A DNA stretch of 64,000 nt from the human T2T-CHM13v2.0 reference genome, Homo sapiens: assembly GCF_009914755.1 (NCBI RefSeq), contig NC_060940.1. The stretch is one strand, 5' to 3'. The notes beneath the pieces were generated by a model. It worked only from the letters and a program-made list of their open reading frames with translations, ran no database searches and was not told the origin of the DNA. Within the stretch, counting starts at the first letter, position 1, and every line of letters begins with the position of its first letter. Of this stretch, positions 19,911 through 37,100 are shown in pieces. The translations under genes and the position numbers were made by a program.

Positions 19911-20566
19911 GATAGACAAACAGATAGATAGATTAGAGAAAGAGAGAGAGAAAGAGATGATAGATAGATAGATAGATGATAGATTAGAGAGAGATGATAG
20001 CTAGATAGGTAGACAGATGACAGACAATAGATAGGTAGATAGATAGGTAGATAGATGGTAGATAATGGATAGATGAAGAAAGATGATTGGTAGGTAGATA
20101 GATGGTAGGTAGATGAGAGCTAGATGATAGATGACAGGTAGACATGTTACCAGATGGAAAGTCTTAACTTCGAGTTGTCCAGGTTCTTGGTGTGTTAAAG
20201 AATTGAGCAAAACACACAAACAAAGCAAGAAAAGAACAAGCAAGTGGCTCAAGAACCCTGATTACCATGTTCTTCAGGGTTTTTATTAAGCTAAAAGAAT
20301 TTGGTAACACCCCCAGGTGCCCTTTAGAGGGCTCCAATTGGTTACATCCTATGAAGGATTGGCCCCTGACCAATCAGAGGCAGAAGTGGAGGCTTCTGTT
20401 CTGTTACCGCAGTAGTGAGACTGTGGCCCGTGTGCCGCCCAATCTTGCCTGGAACCGGCTGCTCCTGCTGCTCTTTTGCTTCTGCCTTAAACCTGGGTTA
20501 CCCTCATTCCCTATTCTCCCGCCTCAGGTAGGTGATAGATAGAAATAAAGAGATAAATGATAGATC

Positions 20567-20597
<31 letters not shown>
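19911..20597 (+). repeat. (GATA/GGTA)n microsatellite in two blocks, 19911-20144 and 20527-20597
   Basis: Visible GATA/TAGA arrays on both sides of the inserted LTR. Confidence 0.9.
20145..20526 (-). mobile_element. ERV1 solo LTR, MER51-like
   Basis: TG...CA termini. The minus strand begins TGAGGCGGGAGAATAGGGAATGAGGGTAACC; contains CCAAT boxes and AATAAA. Confidence 0.7.
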
Positions 20598-20965
20598 GAA
20601 TGAGAGGACATTAATTAGGGGAATTGGCCCATATGACTATGGAGGCTGAGAAGTTCCAGGACAGGCCACTGCAAGCTGGAGACCCTGGGGTGCTGGTAGC
20701 ATGGCTCAGTCCAAGTCCGAAGGCCTCAGAACCAGGGAAGCTGAGGGTGTAACTCTCAGTCCAAGGCCAAAGGCCTGAGAACCCTGGGGCAGAGGGTGGC
20801 ATTGGTGTAAGTCCTGGAGTCCCATGGCCGGGGAGCTGGGCGTTGTCCAAGGGAAGGAGAGGAAGCGCACGCCCCAGTCCGGCAGATGGACAGACACATT
20901 CACCTTTTCTCTGTTTTTGTTCTCTCTGGGTCCCAGCAGATTGGATGGTGCCACCCACATCCAGG

Positions 20966-23074
<2,109 letters not shown>

Positions 23075-23337
23075 TTAACACTGCACTGAATATCCTTGAA
23101 TAGAATTCCTAGGTTTGACATACATAGGTCAAAGGGTAAATCCACTGAACTGCTGATAGATGTGCCAAGTTACTCAGGCAAGGGATTGTGCTCTCACCTG
23201 CTCACCTTGTATTCTGGGCCAAAATGTCTTATATGTATCCAACCCAACACTTCCTAATTTCTTAGTTTCTACCTCCCACAGAAAACACCGTATAGTCTGT
23301 AATTTTCTGCCAGAGTTGAAAATTTCTCATGCAGAGT

Positions 23338-23825
23338 CATGATGGTAACTTTTGTCAACCCGGCTGGGCCATGGTGCCCAGATATTTGGTGGACCATTAT
23401 TCTAGATGTTTCCATCAGTGTGTTTTTTGAATGTGATTAACATTTATACCTCAGTGAACGTTGAATAAAGCAGATTACCTTCCACAATGTGGGTGGCTCT
23501 CACCTAATCAGTTGAAGGCCTTAATAGAACAAAGACTGACCTCCCTCCCTATTCCCCCAAACCCCCTCTCCCACCCCCCATTGAGAAGGAATTCTGCCAG
23601 CAGGTGCCCTTTGGACTTGAACTGCGACTCTCTCGTCAGATTTGGGGCTTGTCAAGCCTCCCCAATTGCATAGGGCAATTCCTCAAGATAAATCTGACAA
23701 ATCTCCCTCTCTCTCCCCATGTATAGATAGATAGGTAGCTAGGTGTAGGTTTACTTACACACACACACACTACACACACACACACACATCCTGTTGGTCT
23801 GTTTCTGTGGAGACCCTTACAGGAG
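23338..23825 (+). mobile_element. MLT2-family LTR with a (CA)n tract at 23757-23788
   Basis: Start TGATGGTAACTTTTGTCAAC...GTGCCCAGATATTTGG; end CCTGTTGGTCTGTTTCTGTGGAGACCCT. Confidence 0.7.
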
Positions 23826-23842
23826 TTAATAAAAATCCATAA

Positions 23843-25506
<1,664 letters not shown>

Positions 25507-26571
25507 TAAAACATCGCGCCAAGTCAATCTGAAAGGTAAAGTTTAAAATCTTTTTAAAGGATAAGTTATATGTAATGACTGTTCACTCTACAAAATCTTA
25601 ATCTTAGGGCTTATGAGGCACCCAGTTGGCAGTAACATCCAGGTTTTCCAAATAGCCAGTTATCATTTTTCTCGTCTGCATAGATTTCTCATTAACTGCC
25701 TCCTGTTTTGTTGCATGATCTCAGAGTCCCCCTGCTTTCTCTGAGAGGTGGTCAAGCTATCCTCTTTTCTTCTTCGCTTGCTAATTTCCTGGGTTTTCTT
25801 CATGTTTTCTGGCGGGCAAGTTCTCGTTGATTTCCACGGACCATGCCGACCACCGACAGAGCCAGGAAGAAAGCAAGTCGGAAAAGCAACGGTTCCCTGG
25901 CACGCTGGGCTACCGTCACTGCTGCTGGATTTTTTATGGGTCCATTTCCCGCAGGCGTTTTTTACTGATTGCGTGGGTTTGTACACCTGTTTCCCCCACC
26001 TGCTTCACAGCGGCAACTTCTCATTAATAAGGACTCAAACGCTCAGTAGCCCCTGTTGAGATGCTAATCAGCTGTCTGGCTTGGGTGGCCTGGATTAATT
26101 GCACCGTACGCAGCCTCTCCTGAGGAGTTCGCATCAACGGCTGCTCCCATTCTCAGACAGGAGGACAGAGCTGCCAGCCGGACAGAACGTCAGTGCTGAC
26201 GTCAGCGTTCACGTGTGCAGGAGGAGAGCCCTGAGGGACCCCGCTGGGGACTGGTGCTGTTTCTGCCTGCGCACACCCAGCTCTTCTCCCTGGCAGCTGC
26301 TGGGTTTGCTCTGGGAGACCAGCCCTCCCCACCCGCCCTCCACGAGGCTGGGCCAGGCTGACCCCTCCCCCAGACATGTCTCAGGACTGGCCACTCGGAG
26401 TGGGGGTCATTGCCGGGTACACAGTCTGGCCAGTAAGCATCGCCCCCGGGAGCCTTGCTGGAATGATGAGAAAAGAGGCCCTCTCTCTCCCAGGGAATGG
26501 TTGAACTGGAAAAACCTGTTGGTAGTTGCGGGGACCCCTTCATGAGATCCTGCTCAGGAATGGGGAAAAAC

Positions 26572-26927
<356 letters not shown>

Positions 26928-27994
26928 TTAGAGACAGAGATGAGAGAGTCTGTGCAGTGGACTCCCGGGGGTTTCTGGAGCCACTGAACCTGGCCCCACT
27001 CCTGGAGGTGCAGGCTTTGGTGTTTTCAGAGGGTCTCATATCAGCCCAGATTGAGAAGTGACCACGAAGGCTGCTTGGCCATATGTTTGGCCAAGACAAA
27101 GGAGAAATCAGCCAAATTGCTGGGCCTAAGCAATGCCACTCTCTCTCTCTCCTCTCTCTTTCAAATGCATGTTACTACGCAGATAGTAAGGGTCTCTGTG
27201 ACCTTTACAAATGGCCTGGTGCACACACGTGTAAGCGGCCCCCATATTTGAGGCCTTGCTGATCCACTTTACAAGTGAGGAAGGTAAGGTACAGGAAGCG
27301 TAGGTTGTTTCTCCAGTTTCAGAGGGCACCGTATCCACACAGCAGTGACTGGGTAGGTCCTGGTCTCTCTCGACAGCCCAGAGTGTGTGGCCTGTCCCCG
27401 GAGAGGGTGGGATCCACGCCAGGAGGGGCTGAGTGGTGCTGACTGCCACCCCCTCCCATCACCCCTGGATCATCATCTTGTTTTCCAGTGGGGTCTCCTT
27501 TCAGGGCTCTAGTTCACCCCAAAGCTGACCTCTTCCAGTGAGACCTTCAAACCCTTACAGTGCCCTTGCATGAAGTGGCAAAGTCAGGGGAGGGGTGGAG
27601 AGTGGAGGATGAATTACAGAAGGAGCCCCCCTGGGGGGAACAATTGCAAAGATGTGTTTTCAGGGACAGTCCTCACGACCGTGGGCGGTAGCCATGACGT
27701 CCGGTCTCCCATCTCCTGGAGCTGTGCATCCACCATCCAGTACAGCACCTGGACACTCCCTCTCCCTTAGCAGTCCCCAGCATCGGGCTCATGGGCAAGT
27801 CCTGTGGATTTCACTCTGTGGAACCTCTCCAATCTGTCCATTTCTCTTCATCCTGTCTGCACTGCAACCCCCTGCAGCAAGCCTCCGTCTCTCACTTGGA
27901 GCCTGTCACAGCCTTCTCCACTGCTCTCCTCAAATTCATGCAGGATAATGTATTTCCTCCTCCCATTCCTTTTCCAGCACTCCAGCCAGATGGA

Positions 27995-28291
<297 letters not shown>

Positions 28292-29294
28292 GCCAGATGG
28301 ACTTCTCAAAACACAAATCTGATCCTACCCACTCTGGCCCCAAACTTTGTAAAGTCTTCCCCATTGCCTCAGGAGCAAGACGACACCCCTTCCTCGCTGA
28401 CAAGGACGCAGTTGTGCCTTCACTACCTTTGCTGCCACATCTCACCACCTGCCTCCTCTCGTCTCTACCCCCACTGTGGCTGTGTGACCCCAGGTGTATT
28501 GCTCAACCTCTCGTGTCTTCCTGTTCTTCACAAAGAATAGGAATTACAGTGAAATGTGCCTGGCTCATGGGCACCCAGCCCATGGTAACATGAGCACATC
28601 CGGAATCAGACTCTCTACTAAACGCTTCATCACCTCCATGCCATGGACCCCTCCCAATATCCCTGTGAGCTGTGAGATCTAAACACCAGTTCCCAGAGTG
28701 GGAAGCGAGGCCTGAGAGCCTCAGCAACTTGCCCAGGGAAGGCTCAGACTCTAGCCCTGGCCGGGCAAACTCCAAGTCCTCGCACTTAAGAACAACCAGG
28801 CTCAGCGTTCCAGCATTCCACTCGGCCTCCTGGGCTTTTCCTGGGCCACCGAGTGCATCGTGTTTACTTTCTCTTTCTCTACCCTAGTGACATTCTCAGA
28901 AAGAGGAACCGTCGGAAGGTTCCAGGGTTTTCTTGATGTGGGCATTTCGAGGTGTTGACAAAAGGACCTCTGTGACCTTTACTTATGGCCTAGTGCACAC
29001 ACTTGTAAGTGGCCCCCATATCTGGTGCCACACAGGCCAGAGTGCACTTCCCGCTCCTCTTATAATGCCCTCACTAATGTGACTGTAACTTCATTAACTC
29101 CAGGCCAGATTGGATCCTTGTACCGACTGGTGAGTAAGCGAACCTTCACTACAGACAGCTGTCTTTGCTGATGACTAGCTACTTCATTTTTAAAATTACG
29201 GTGAATCAACTATATGCCAATATTGAACAATGCCTTCCTTTTTTAGCTTCCTGAGCAGCAAAATAAAAACTAAATCAAAACCATCAAAAATAAA

Positions 29295-29623
29295 AAAGTG
29301 TAGTAGCTCATGCCTGTAACCCTAACACTTTTTGGGAGGCTAAGGCGGTAGGACCGCTTGAGTCCAGGAGTTCAAGACCAGCTTGGACAACATATTGAGA
29401 CCTCTGACTCTACAAAAAATAAAAAAAAATCAGGCAATGGTGGTGGTGCATGCCTGCAGTCCCAGCTACTCTGGAGGCTCAAGCGAGAAGATCACTTAAG
29501 CCCGAGAGGTAGAGGCTGCAGTGAGCTCTGATTGTACCATCGCACTCCAGCCTGGATGGCAGAGCAAGACCCTGATGCAAACAAAACAAAACAAAACAAA
29601 ACAAAACAAAACAAAACAAAACA
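29295..29623 (+). mobile_element. AluJ-like with a (CAAAA)n tail
   Basis: Diverged Alu consensus; pentanucleotide tail at 29578-29623. Confidence 0.88.
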
Positions 29624-30356
29624 ATCACTAACTGCAGCACAATCATAGTTTTGATTGGCTTAATTTCTGATAATGCCTAGTCAGCAGTGGCCTTCAACAA
29701 ACCTCACTGTAGCTTGTTGGATGGTCACAGATGGATTCACCTTTGCCCACAAGTTCCTCCTCTTGTCCACTCACACCTGTTCATGACGCCGAGCCCAGCA
29801 TTGCACAAGGCCTGGGGATAGGGGAAGTGCAGCTCCAGACACGGACTTGGGAATGTTTTGAAACAACAGGAACGACATCACCCTAGGTTTGTGTTTTCAA
29901 GCCAGATATTCCGGCGTGGATGCTAAGAATTCTTACATGGGCAAGTATTAATATTTGAATGCAGCCGTGATTGAGGTGGAGGTGGAGACAAAAGGCGTGC
30001 GTCCCTAGAACATGTTTTGTCCCCACTGCCGGAGGGAATATTCTGTGGCAGCTATCGCACGCACCCTTTCCCTCCATGTGAGTGGACTCCACACTCTAAG
30101 CAAGGCGCTCTGGACTGCAAACTCAGCTTGTGCCTCTCTCCAGCCCTGTGGCCTCGCTGGACAATTTTTCTAATCTCTTTGGAGCTGATCTTCATGTTGA
30201 AAAAGGACAAGTCCCATCTTCAGATCAACACCTGTCCCAGCGCTGCCATTTTGCCAAGGCTCCTCCTTGGAGTGTTTGTAAGGCACTTTTGCCACGAAGT
30301 AACCCAGCCACCAGCCTCAGTGGAACCTCCAAGCCTAATTCTGGAGGAGACTTTAA

Positions 30357-31335
<979 letters not shown>

Positions 31336-31568
31336 CCATCACTTATTTATATTATGTGTTACCTATAGGACTTATCTAAGACCATAATCACTGCCGCGTG
31401 TGCTAAGTCCCGCGCGCGTGCACTCAGGCCCCTCTGGATAGACACTGGGGACCCCTGACCACTTATGTCTGGGAAAACGCCACCAAGCGCTCCGGAACCT
31501 CAGGGCAGGACCCGCCGCAGCAGCAGGTAGGACCCGCTGGGGGCGCACAGCCCACCTGAGACATCGTA

Positions 31569-31722
31569 ACTACAAGTCCCAGCAACCCTCGGTGCGGGGA
31601 CAGGACGGGCCACCGGAGTCCGGAGAGACTACAAGTCCCGGCAGGCATGGCCCAGACGCAGGGACTACGAGTCCCCGAATGCATGGCTCCCAGCTTGCGC
31701 AGGGCACCCTGGGAGGTGTAGT
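31569..31722. promoter_or_regulatory. Cluster of four ZNF143/THAP11 (ACTACAnnTCCC-type) motifs
   Basis: ACTACAAGTCCC at 31569 and 31628; ACTACGAGTCCC at 31664; minus-strand ACTACACCTCCCAGGGTGCCCTGC at 31699-31722. Confidence 0.75.
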
Positions 31723-32029
31723 AGTTGAGGGAGCTAATGCGTATTCATTCCGTCTCAAAGAAGATGCAAATTCCTCAGACCGTCCACTGAGGTGATTGTT
31801 CTCACGCAGGCCATGGGCGTGGGCGAAAAACGGGGGGAAAAAAGCCCTGGGAAGCCGGTACCGTCGCGGAAGAAGGCCGCCTGCGCATGCTCACCAGGAG
31901 GCCGAGCGGGAAAAGCGCGCGCAGCTGGCCTCACTGCCACAGGGGTGCCCCGCCCCCGGGCCCGCGCGCCCAGTGAGCCTGCGCGGAGGGCGGGGGCCGA
32001 GCGTCGCGGGGAGGGGCTCGCGGCGCCTG

Positions 32030-32114
32030 CGCAGAGCGGCGGCTTCTCTCGCGAGGACGGACGCCATTATCGCATCTCCCCGACAAACACCACGAGAATT
32101 CCGCAGCCCACACG
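32030..32114 (+). other. BANP: BANP non-coding exon 1 (5' end approximate)
   Basis: Inside the CpG island, free of ATG, ends at donor ACG|GTAATT. It is the only plausible first exon in the island for the downstream coding exon. Confidence 0.75.
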
Positions 32115-32781
32115 GTAATTGCAGCTCCCGCAGCCGGTCGCGCCTCCGCCTCCCCCTTCCCGCGGGGCGAGAGCGAGAGCGAGATCTCCCTCCTCCCTCC
32201 TCCTCCCGCCCGCCGGGCCGCCCGCGCCGCAGCCCCGCCGCCGCCAACCGCCCGGGCCGGGCGATCGCCCCCCGGGCCCCGCTCCCCGTCCCCGGCCGCG
32301 CCCCGGAAGAGGGGCTCCCGCTTCCTCGCTTCCGCACCCCCGGCCCCACCGCGCCCGGCGTCCGTTGAGCCGCGGCTGCCGCAGCCCGGCCCGGGGGCCT
32401 CGCGCTCCCGACCTCTGTCCCGGGCCTCGCCCCGCGGGAAGGACCCGGAGCCACGGCGGGGAGACTGGAAAGGCCTAGAACCGCGCCCGGGCTCCTCTGG
32501 GGCCCGAAGTCTCCCAAGGGGGTCGCTCCTGCCAGCCAGGCGGGAGCGACAGGCATCGTTTTTGTGCCTCCTCCGTGGCTGTGGACCGGAGCCCCATAGC
32601 CCAGGACTTGCACACGCAAGGGGCGCTCTCGGGGCGACCGCAGACCTCGGCGACGACCCCAGCCCGTCCCCCGAGGGGCCCCGATGAACGAGGACCTCGG
32701 GGTGCCCCCTCCCCAGCACGTTTGTGCGATTTCTGTGATCTAGTCCTTAAGGAAGGTGGCCGTTTTCTTTTTCCCCCCTAG

Positions 32782-32874
32782 GATGCAGAAAGTAGATGAC
32801 ATTCCATCCACACTGTGTGAGCAAATTGGAGAGATTGCCTTGATAGAGGACTGATGTTTTTCACTGATGAGATG
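32782..32874 (+). other. BANP: Candidate BANP 5'UTR cassette exon (93 nt)
   Basis: Strong pyrimidine tract TTTTCTTTTTCCCCCCTAG|G and donor ATG|GTAGGG. Confidence 0.55.
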
Positions 32875-33377
32875 GTAGGGGTTGTCTTGCTATTGGAGAA
32901 ATACATCATCCCTGAAGAACTGTGAGCAAGTGGAGCGAGTGTGGGCTTTGAAGGGTAGCGAGCTTGCACCCTGACCGGGGAGGGCCCGGGTCACACAGTT
33001 GTTGATGTGGAACAGGTAATTGCCCTGTTTGGAGTTGCCTGTTCTGCCCAGGAATGTACTCCAGGGCCTGATGGCGATGCTGGAACTCGCACTACAGTAA
33101 ATAATTGATAAGAGGAGGCAGTTGTAGGGTCCACTTTTAGCTGGAAGTTCTTAGGGGACAGAAAAATAACTTGGAGTAGTGAGTGGTTCTGAGTAAGCTC
33201 AGGAAACGTCAAATAAAAACTGGATCTGGTCATTTAACACGCAGCTCGCAGATATCCAGTGCTAGAAGAAAACACCAAAACGCGGTAAAATTCTGTATGT
33301 GGGTCCACTTCCCGTGTCTGGCGATTAAAATAAGAATATATTCTTGCGATGTTGGATTCTGTCATCATTGGCGTTAA

Positions 33378-34102
33378 TATTTTTATTTTTTTGGAGATAG
33401 GGTTTCACTCGGTCCCCGAGACTGGAATGCAGTATCGTGATCTTGGCTCACTGCAGCCTCGGCCTCCCTGGCTCAAGTGATCCTCCCACCGCAGCCTCCT
33501 GAGTAGCTCGGACCACAGACGCCACCACCCCGGCTAATTTTTGTATTTTTCTTAGAGAGGGGGTTTCGCCTTGTTGTCCAGCCTGGGGCTTTAATCTTTT
33601 TAAAAAAGAGCTTCCATTTGTGATTCCACGCTGCGTGGGGGCAGCTCAACATCTCGGGTGCTTCATCATGACCCAGGAGGCAGAGGCTGCGTCCACTTTA
33701 TAGATGAGGTGACTAGGCCCGCAGACACTAAGGGACTTGCTCAGATTTACAGAGCCAGGGTTCGAATTCAGTCTGTCTGAAGCCTATGTTCTTAAAAAAA
33801 AAAAGCCCATATATTTAGTATTTTAATCAATATAATGTATACAATAGGAACGTCAATGAAAGACTTACAATGAAAAGCAATGGTCCCCTGCCCCACCTCT
33901 CAGCCCCGTTCTTCAAAGAGGTTTACATCTTGAGTGGTTTCTTTAGGTCATTCTCCACAGCTCTGAGTAAGCTGATCCTTTTTATTTTTTTCTTGAGATA
34001 GGATCCCCTGATGTTGCCCAGGCCGTACTCGAACTCCTGAGCTCAAGTGATCCTCAGCCTCCTTAGTAGCCGCTAATACAGGTGTGAGTGACTGCACCTA
34101 GC
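33378..34102 (-). mobile_element. Partial AluJ (33378-33586) and Alu monomer (33978-34102), with a MIR relic between them
   Basis: Alu consensus fragments; MIR-like CCACTTTATAGATGAGG...AGAGCCAGGGTTCGAA. Confidence 0.75.
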
Positions 34103-37100
34103 TCTAAGCTGATATTTTGTATTACACAGCCTTGTCTTTCTATTACGATGGGGTGATGGAGCCCTTCTGTCATATCCCAACTCTTCTATCCCCTGGACTG
34201 TCTGTGTTAGGCCTATGCAAATACTGTTCTCTTCACGGACAAATTGAGTGTTTCCCTTCCTGTACAGCGTGGATTTTTCTGTTAGTCATGGCTTTTCTCT
34301 TGGCACTTTCTGTTCCCATCGACTCCTTACATTGTTTTAAATTCTCAAGGATAGTGTCAGGTACCCTTTCTCCTTCAGCCCCTGTCCTTCTCATCTGGAT
34401 GGGTTAGCTTGCACACGAGTCAGCCTGATATTTTCCTTTCTTCTGTAGCTGGGTATGTTCAGGAATGTTTTCATCTTGGCTCTGTTCGTTTCCACAGGAA
34501 CCTCTGGCAAGTGCTCTTCCTCCTTGTGGAGACCCCTCTCCCTCCCTGAACGCTCTTGGATCTTCTCTTTGGTGTTAATGATGTTTTACCCTTGTGTGTG
34601 CTGAGGTGTGTGGATTCCTACGCCGGGGACTCTGACTCTGGTGCTTTGTCCTTCAGCTCTGGGAAGTTCCCTTGTTCTGTCTGAGAAGTTCTTCCTCTCC
34701 AGCTCTGCTCTTCTGTCTTAGGAGTTCCTGTTTGTGATGGACGTTCTAGGTGGAGCCCTGGAGTTGCGTCTTTATCCTTCCTTCTGTGTCTCGTTTATTC
34801 TCATTCTGGGAGAGGGCTTTAATATGTGTTCACAATCAAATTTTTAATGTCCAAGCATGTATTTGTCTTGTTTCTTTTTCATAGTAGCTTATTGTTACAC
34901 AAGTGCCTCATCTCCATGACTCTAAGGAAACTAATAAGGATTCTTCCCAGCTCTCCGTTGTTCTGATTTCTTGTTTCCACTAATGTCACTTAAAAAAAGT
35001 GTTGGCTTCTTCCTCTTTATGGCAAGTCCTCCATACTGATGTTTACTGTTGTCTGAGGCAGGAGGAAGCTGGCGGAGAGCCCCGGGTCTGTGGGGTGCTT
35101 TTGAAAGAGTCCAGTTTCCCCTCGGGTGATTGGGAGCCTGTCACCGTGGGACCTGGAGCACCAACTTGCAGATATTTTGTCTGGGCTGTTCCGCTTCTTT
35201 AGGAAGGCCCCTTTGCTGGCCGTGGGGGAGTTAGCTCTCCTGTGCGGGACTGACTTGGCAGGTGCGGGTTTGGCCTGCCCGCAGGGCTCTGCGAGGCTTG
35301 GAGCCCCACGCCTGTGCCCCCGGTGCTTTCCCTCTGCCCTGATCGGGTCCTCTGCATCTGTCAGGAGTGTGTTCTTTCTTGTGGGTTGATAACACCCTAT
35401 TAAAGATGATGTTAATGGAGTGAGAGGAGGTCACCCGTACGGCCAGTCACTCCCCTTGAGCAGGAATTTGCAAGCCTGTTCTATTCACTCCACCTTCCTG
35501 CTTCCTTGTGGCCTTGGTAATTGCCCACAGTCAACGGGGTGAGGTGCCAAGCCGCCGTTCCACAGCCACCTCTGAATTGCAGCGTGGGCTGGTGGCTCTG
35601 GCCCTGTGGCCTTGGAGGGCTGCCAGCGTACCTGGGCAAGGCCCGGCAGACCCGTGTGGTAGCAAAGACCCTGACTTTGGCTCCTCGCTGGGTCAGTGTG
35701 CCAAGCGGGCCGTCTGCCCTGCTGGGGTCCAGGAGGGCCTGCAGTGAAGCAGTGGTGAGCGTACTGGGAGCATGATCTTTCTGCATGGTGGCTGACTGTC
35801 ACTGGGAGGTTGTGTGTAGTGCGGTGGGCTCTGTCTGCCAGAGCCTTGCCAGCCGAGCGTCCAGGGGCCAGCTGTGTCCATCAGCATCACTTGGGTATTT
35901 GTGAGAAACGCACACTTTCAGGCCCTACCCAGGTTCTCGTGCAGAATCAGACTGCAGCTTGGTCAGCTTTTAATTTTCAGATAGTTTTTGACTTTACAGA
36001 AAAGATGCAAAAAATATTTCACTGAGCTTCCCTGTTGTCTTCATCTGCTTCCCCTGATGTTGACGTCTTATGTAACCAGGCATCCATATAAACGCCAGAA
36101 AGTTCACAGCATTATTGCGTAAATGACAGACCTTATTCGAACTTCGGTTTTGCACCAGTGTCCTCTTGCTGTTTCGGGATCCCCTCCGGGACCCCACACT
36201 GGTGCGTGTGGCCGCCCTGTCTCCTTAATGTCCTTCTGTCTGTGATATTTACATAGTCACAAAGTATCTCCCCCAAGATACACGTCACAAAGGGAAAAAT
36301 AAAACTGTAGCCTCTCGGTGGAAAAACCCAGCAGATACTGTGTGAAGCAAGTGATCGGGGTAACACCATCAGTCATAAGACGTTGACACCAAGGACCCAG
36401 TGAGACACATCACTTCTCTGGCAGTGTTGCCAGAAATGCAGTCTCATCATGAGAAAATGCTGCACCCAAACTGAGGGATGCTCACCACAGTCCTGGCCAG
36501 TGCGTCTCAAGTGTCCAGGTCTTGAAAGACAGGGAGGCTCAGAATTTCCTGCAGGCAGGTGGCCAGGTGATGTGTGTGCACCCTGGTCCACACGGAAGGC
36601 CTTCCCACAACCTTGAGGGAGGTGAGGGAGTAGGGGTTTGGGGGCTCCAGGTACAGGTGCTGGGCAGTGGGCCTCAGTGGTCTTGCAGCTCCCCCGTCAG
36701 GATTGTTAGCCTTTGGGTTCCTCGTCTGCAATGATACTGTACAAATCCCAAAAACTCCAGTTACACGATTAAGTGATTGACATGACATGGAGTCGCAAGG
36801 CTGACTTGAAAATGACTGTAACTCACAGCACCAGTTTAGCCACTGCAATCTAGAGAAACTAAACATTTCCTCATTTTGAAGGAAAGACTTCTTGGGGAAA
36901 GTCAATTTGAGGGTTTGAATGAGAATGAGATGAAAGCTTTAGAAGGTCCTCCCTGTGCCTGAGGTAGATAAACATCTGTATTTTCTCTTCACACGGGTGA
37001 CGGTGGTGAAAGCATGACATCATCTGACTTGGTCAGCAGAAGTGCTCTGAACCATCCGGAACTTTGGGGGCCTGGGGGCCGTGGGGAGGAGTTTCAGGAA

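Larger units (their letters stand above)
19872..20965 (-). mobile_element. MLT2-family ERVL LTR with internal (GATA)n expansion, interrupted by an ERV1 LTR
   Basis: TGTATTAATCAGGGTTCTCCAGAGAGACAGAACCAAT is the reverse complement of the MLT2 3' end. The element resumes at about 20610 (GAATTGGCCCATATGACTATGGAGGCTGAGAAG). Confidence 0.75.
31390..32760. promoter_or_regulatory. BANP: CpG island promoter of BANP
   Basis: Very high GC and CpG density. GC box near 31988; NRF1-like TGCGCATGCTCA at 31882-31893 and GCGCCTGCGCA at 32023-32033; ZNF143/THAP11 motifs; contains the exon 1 donor. Confidence 0.92.

Noticed and set aside
32060-32070. YY1 site (GACGCCATTAT) in BANP exon 1
   Set aside because: Only a partial match to CGCCATnTT; plausible, but too weak to call without binding data.
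31755-32781. Long ORFs (190-262 aa) on both strands over the CpG island
   Set aside because: Low-complexity Arg/Gly/Pro/Ala translations, as expected from stop-codon scarcity at very high GC; no recognisable domain.
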